Source: Macrostomum hystrix
Taxonomy: Eukaryota > Animalia > Platyhelminthes
DNA: 64,000 nt
NCBI GenBank assembly: GCA_950097015.1
Contig: CATNEN010000029.1
Location: 5,766,001 to 5,830,000 of the forward strand
Direction: 5' to 3'
Shown here: one piece after another, positions 58,861 through 64,000 of the stretch
How the letters are laid out: every line of letters begins with the position of its first letter
How positions within the stretch are numbered: the first letter of the stretch is position 1
The notes under the pieces: model-generated
The model's input: the letters and a program-made list of their open reading frames with translations, nothing else
Told to the model about the DNA's origin: nothing
Databases searched by the model: none
Made by a program: the position numbers and the translations under genes

Positions 58861-59664
58861 GGGGCTAGCGTCTCTTTTTGTTGATGTTGTTTTTTTTGTT
58901 ATATAAGCATCTGTCTGCATGGTTTGCCACCAGCCTCTGTGTGCCGGGACATTGTCCAGCTGCAGGGTGGTGCCAACAAAAAGCGGCGTTCGCAAAATTC
59001 AGCAAGTCAGTACATATTAATACCATCATGTTGATCATTTGATCATGCCTTCTAGCAGCACAAGCTTGTACCAACCTACAGTCTAAATGACCCAAATTAA
59101 TTTTTAGAATGACCCCCATTCAGCTCTTTTTAATTCTTGCCTTCACGCTAGGAAGTCCAGCTACTTCTAATTGTAAAATTAGGCAATTTGGTGCCCAGAT
59201 GATTTCCTCATTCATTATATTACTTTGCTAGTCTTCGCACCTGAATATTTTATTTAGATTACTCCAAGTAGTAACATGAACACAATACCCGAAAAAGGAG
59301 TTTTCGGTTTAGTCAACCCAGCGTTGAAAACAGTAAATAGTTTCCTCGGTTGCAAGAATAACGACCTTGAGAAGCAAAATTAGTCAGTTCTCTATTTTTT
59401 ACAAATACGCTAATATTGTTTACTTTTATAAAGAAAAATAACCAAGTAATACCACTAAGATCATATATATTGATTTTGTCATGAGCTAAAACTTGATTTT
59501 TAGTCAGATTTTCATACGGATCTACTTTGGGAAACTTCAAAAATGCGTGAGGCCTTTACAAGAAATTCTCTATTTAAGCTCTTCCGATATGTTTTTTGTC
59601 TAAACAGCTACACTCAATAATTGTTTACGCATCTTTTCATTATTTGCTTGTCGATCATCACAAT

Positions 59665-61522
59665 ATGTCGGACTGGCTAGCTTCATCTGGTGTATCGAAC
59701 CGCGATGATTTGGTGTACATGGCAAAGCTTGCTGAGCAGGCAGAGCGATATGATGATATGGCGGCTGCTATGAAGTCTGTCACTGAAAAGGGCCAGGAAC
59801 TTGGAAATGAAGAACGAAATTTGCTTTCTGTTGCCTACAAGAACGTCGTTGGTGCCAGACGTTCTTCTTGGAGAGTGACCTCTAGCATCGAAAGCAAAAC
59901 GGAGGGACATGAAAGGAAACAGTCTGCAGCAAAGGAATATCGTCAAAAGATTGAAGGCGAGCTTCAGAAAGTGTGCAAGGAGGTACTGGTAAGTATAGTT
60001 ATTATGCTAGTCTGCCAACTACTAAATTTATTTAGTATTTAGTATACTAGATCTCTAAAATCGGCCCCATGCGTAGTTCATATACTATAGCTTATAGCTA
60101 GGCCATTATCACACCAATCACATTATAAATTAATTAGAGGCCTATAGGCAGTTATTTTTTCAACCTTGACTTAATTGTTACAAATGTAAATTTAAATTGA
60201 CTTTCGACAAAACTGACTAATAGCTAGGCCTACTTAACTCTTAGCGTTAATTTAGGTACTAGTAAGAGAAATTATGTGTCAATGTCAATTTTAATTTTAT
60301 AACTATGCCTATGGCCTTGTCATAGCCTTGGCTAGGGTTACCCCAATAAGAATAATTTTTCTTGTTAGCTAGCTAGCTGTTACTAAACCTGTATGAATTT
60401 ATTAGGTATTCTTATGTTTGTAACAAAAAATATAAGAAGTTCTGAGCTTGTTTGGGCCCTATGCAATTGTATGGCTAATAAAATATATATTGTAATATTG
60501 TGCATTGGCTCTTAGCTGCTATGAAATTTTGTTTTATCAAATGAGCTTATTCCTAGTCCTAGTTAGTTCTTGTATAAGTATAAGCTATTGTATTATTTTT
60601 GCTATCTAATTTGAATGGTTTATTTGTTATATACCACTACTAAGTCTAAGGCTTTAGCTACCAAAAATGTTCCTAGAGTCATAAATCAATAAAAGTCTTT
60701 TTAGTTATTTACATGCCTATATGTATTACAAATGACAATAAATTCAATTTTTTCAAAGGGTTGTTCATAGAAAAAATGAATTGGCCCAAAAACTAATAAA
60801 ATTTAATTTTGTCTAATTGTTTTCTCAATCGTATAACTGATTTCTTTCATTTACTTTCTCCATTGTACAGAGCCTACTGGAGGATTTCCTCATCAAGCAA
60901 GCATCCACACCTGAGTCAAAGGTCTTCTATTACAAGATGAAGGGTGACTACTATCGCTATCTGGCTGAAGTTGCCATTGGCGATGAGAGAAAAGAGGTCA
61001 TTGACCACTCTGAGGGTGCCTACAAGGCTGCCACTGAGCATGCTGAGTCTGAACTGCCCACAACGCACCCAATCCGACTGGGCCTGGCCCTGAACTACTC
61101 TGTGTTCTTCTACGAGATCAAGAGCGAGTCTGACAAGGCCTGCCAGCTAGCCAAGAAGGTAAAAAATTCCTCTTTTAAATTCTTAGTTCTTTTTGTTACC
61201 ATGTGAAGTATAGGTAGGTAGATAGGTAGGTTTATTGAAAATTCACTGTGGTTTTTCAACTTCTCTACAGGCCTTCGACAATGCCATCGCTGATCTGGAC
61301 GAGATTGGCGAGGACTCCTACAAGGATTCGACGCTCATCATGCAGCTTCTTCGCGACAACCTGACTGTAAGCTCACGTGTTCTGTTGTCTACAAATATAC
61401 TACATATATATTCTATCGATATACATTTATGACTAGTTTGTAACTTGTCATTTCAATTCTGAAAATTTCCTTTGCAGCTTTGGACATCAGAGCAAGGAGG
61501 AGAAGACGGTGAACAGGATTAG
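59665..61522 (+). CDS. 14-3-3: 14-3-3 protein, 4 coding exons, 250 aa
   Basis: Exons 59665-59988, 60871-61158, 61271-61366 and 61478-61522. Motifs: [88 protein letters not shown]. Confidence 0.98.
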
Positions 61523-62335
61523 TAGTCTAAACTAAACTTCAGATGTTAGCAACAGTGACTAGCTACTCTACTCAACTCTTAATTGCATATATTTGTTGTC
61601 ATTCTGAAATTGTCTTATTTATGGTATAATATAAGTCCTATGTCTTATTATAGTTACTTTTCTTGCGGCAGATGCTTAATATATCCTTCGAGTAATAAGC
61701 AAACCAAATTATTAATGTCGTAACTATCTGCCGCTGCATATTCAGAGGAAATCAATATTCGACTTGCTTTCTAAAATTTCTTCATCAAGAAACCGTTGCG
61801 AGTCGATCGTGTTAGGCTGCTAAATTGGCGGGGGGTTAGTTGGTCAGGTTTTAATTAAACATTAAGCGAAGCTTATTACTGTTAGTTATTATCTGAGTCT
61901 TAAGTTGCGCTGTGTATTTTTTATAGTTGAATTAAACATTGTCATGAAATATATCAGTATAAAAGTGTAGCCGCTTATTTTTCCTTTCTTTTTGAACAAG
62001 CTCGTTTTTGCCATTTAAAAGTGTAGTCAGGCTAATGTTGGTTTGAATTTTAAAAGAAGCTGTTGTGATTTTTTCTTTTTATATCATGAATACCAGTTTC
62101 TACTACCACGCTACTCTAGTGCTAGTGTACATGTGTACTAGTTATTGATGCTTGTTGGCAACAAAAGAAAATTACACAGTCCACATTTTTCCAGTTTTCA
62201 CTCTTTCTGAAGCAAATATAACCTTTCGTTTGGCTAATTTCTGCAACGTATTCATTCAGTAATATGCGAGCCGATGACAAAATCTTTGCAAACTTCGAGT
62301 CTTTTCATCTTTTCAAGTTTAAGAGTTGTATATCA

Positions 62336-63050
62336 GTCTGATACCCAAAATTTGAGTATCGCCGATAACTCAGTCCGATACTCAAATTTGAGTATCGTCG
62401 ATAACTCAGTCCGATACCCAAATTTGAGTATCGTCGATAACTCAGTCCGATACCCAAATTTGAGTATCGTCGATAACTCAGTCCGATACCCAAATTTGAG
62501 TATCGCCGATAACTCAGTCTGATACCCAAGTTTGAGTATCGCCGATAACTCAGTCTGATACCCAAATTTGAGTATCGCCGATAACTCAGTCTGATACCCA
62601 AATTTGAGTATCGTCGATAACTCAGTCTGATACCCAAATTTGAGTATCGCCGATAACTCAGTCCGATACCCAAATTTGAGTATCGCCGATAACTCAGTCT
62701 GATACCCAAATTTGAGTATCGTCGATAACTCAGTCCGATACCCAAATTTGAGTATCGTCGATAACTCAGTCCGATACCCAAATTCGAGTATCGCCGATAA
62801 CTCAGTCCGATACCCAAATTTGAGTATCGTCGATAACTCAGTCCTGATACCCAAATTTGAGTATCGTCGATAACTCAGTCCTGATACCCAAGTTTGAGTA
62901 TCGTCGATAACTCAGTCCGATACCCAAATTTGAGTATCGTCGATAACTCAGTCTGATACCCAAATTTGAGTATCGTCGATAACTCAGTCCGATACCCAAA
63001 TTTGAGTCTCGTATCAACTCAGTCCGATACCCAAATTTGAGTATCGTCGA
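62336..63050. repeat. Tandem array, 36-bp unit AATTTGAGTATCG[T/C]CGATAACTCAGTC[C/T]GATACCCA (~20 copies, no spacers)
   Basis: ATAAC recurs at 62401 and 62437. Units are contiguous head to tail. Confidence 0.96.
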
Positions 63051-64000
63051 TACCTTAATAACGATCTATTTTGATCATCTAAGATTCTGTGAATGATCAT
63101 TTTGGCACCCCTAGACGCGACATTAAATAATATCCATCTCCAGCTGATTCACGCGAAGCAACATGACGAAAATGATTTTTAGGCAGGAAATACAGGAAAC
63201 ACATTTCCTGTCTGTTTTGGTACTTAGGGTCGTCGTGTTAGGGACCGTGTTAAAGCGAGCGTTTTCCTGACAATTTGAAGCTCAGCTGTTTCAGCGTAGT
63301 TTGCAAATGAATGGTGAGTCTAGATAGCGCATACTAGCTCACAGTCTCTCCTAAAATAAATGCGCTTGACGCATGTTTATGCGAGCAGCGCAGGTTTTAT
63401 TAAAAAATTCTGCTTGCCGCTTACGAGCTTGTCAATGAATCATAACGACATCGCCAGAAATCCATAATTGGAGGTTTGTTTGATTCTACTGAAAGTAGGA
63501 AAGTTGGGATTCGAAAAATAAAAGCGTTCTGTACAAAAAACTTCTTAGCTTAGGGGAGGCATGTAAGCGAAACAGACTTATATAATCTATATTTTAAAGC
63601 AAATAGGAAAATCCATTAAAAATAGTTAAATAGCCGCCAGTACTACTAGACTTCCATCTTTTTAATTTTCTGATAACCAGCTCAAAGACATCTCACCAGA
63701 GAAAAAAATGCCATGTTTTACTTTTGGTCCGGGCCGGGCCGATCCCTGCAAGCTCCAAGGCAACGTTGCGGGCACCCTCATGGTGCCAAGGCTGCATTAC
63801 TTGACCTAGTGCTGCACCAAAGTTCCAGTGAATACTTACTCGTACTATAATGTGTATATAGTGAATACAAAGTCAGCGCCAGGCAGGAGATACATAAATG
63901 CATACAAACTTGTCTGTTGGTGCTGAAGCGGTCGGCAGCGCGATCAGTATATAGGAGACCAGGTCCTGGACTTTTTTAATTAGTTGCTAGGAGTCGACTA

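Noticed and set aside
62336-63050. CRISPR array (36-bp partly palindromic repeats)
   Set aside because: Units are contiguous with no unique spacers, there are no cas genes, and the context is eukaryotic.

Overview
Eukaryotic (invertebrate metazoan) genomic DNA with spliceosomal GT-AG introns. It has no prokaryotic features and no CRISPR array. Six multi-exon genes can be assembled by hand with phase-consistent splice sites: a GDP-fucose transporter (SLC35C1-like, +, 5' end outside the window), an NDR/Tricornered kinase (STK38-like, -), canonical poly(A) polymerase (-), a Cys-less pentameric ligand-gated ion channel (+), a secreted single-domain phospholipase B1-like GDSL lipase (-) and a 14-3-3 protein (+). 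The NDR kinase has a single extra base (TAC-T-AAG) that breaks the frame in its activation segment, and the lipase has one GC-AG intron. A weaker, unidentified minus-strand exon chain lies at about 24-36 kb. Introns and spacers hold many unrelated, highly homogeneous tandem arrays (15-45 bp units); these produce most of the long repetitive ORFs in the track, which I do not treat as genes. Mobile DNA includes a Buster/Charlie-type hAT relic with an 8-bp TSD, a hAT MITE nested in an RNase H-bearing LINE, an RT-less RTE-like LINE with a 17-bp TSD, further MITEs and at least two tRNA-derived SINE families. The overall style would fit a flatworm such as Macrostomum, but that is an unverified inference. 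All coordinates were read by eye and no database searches were run.
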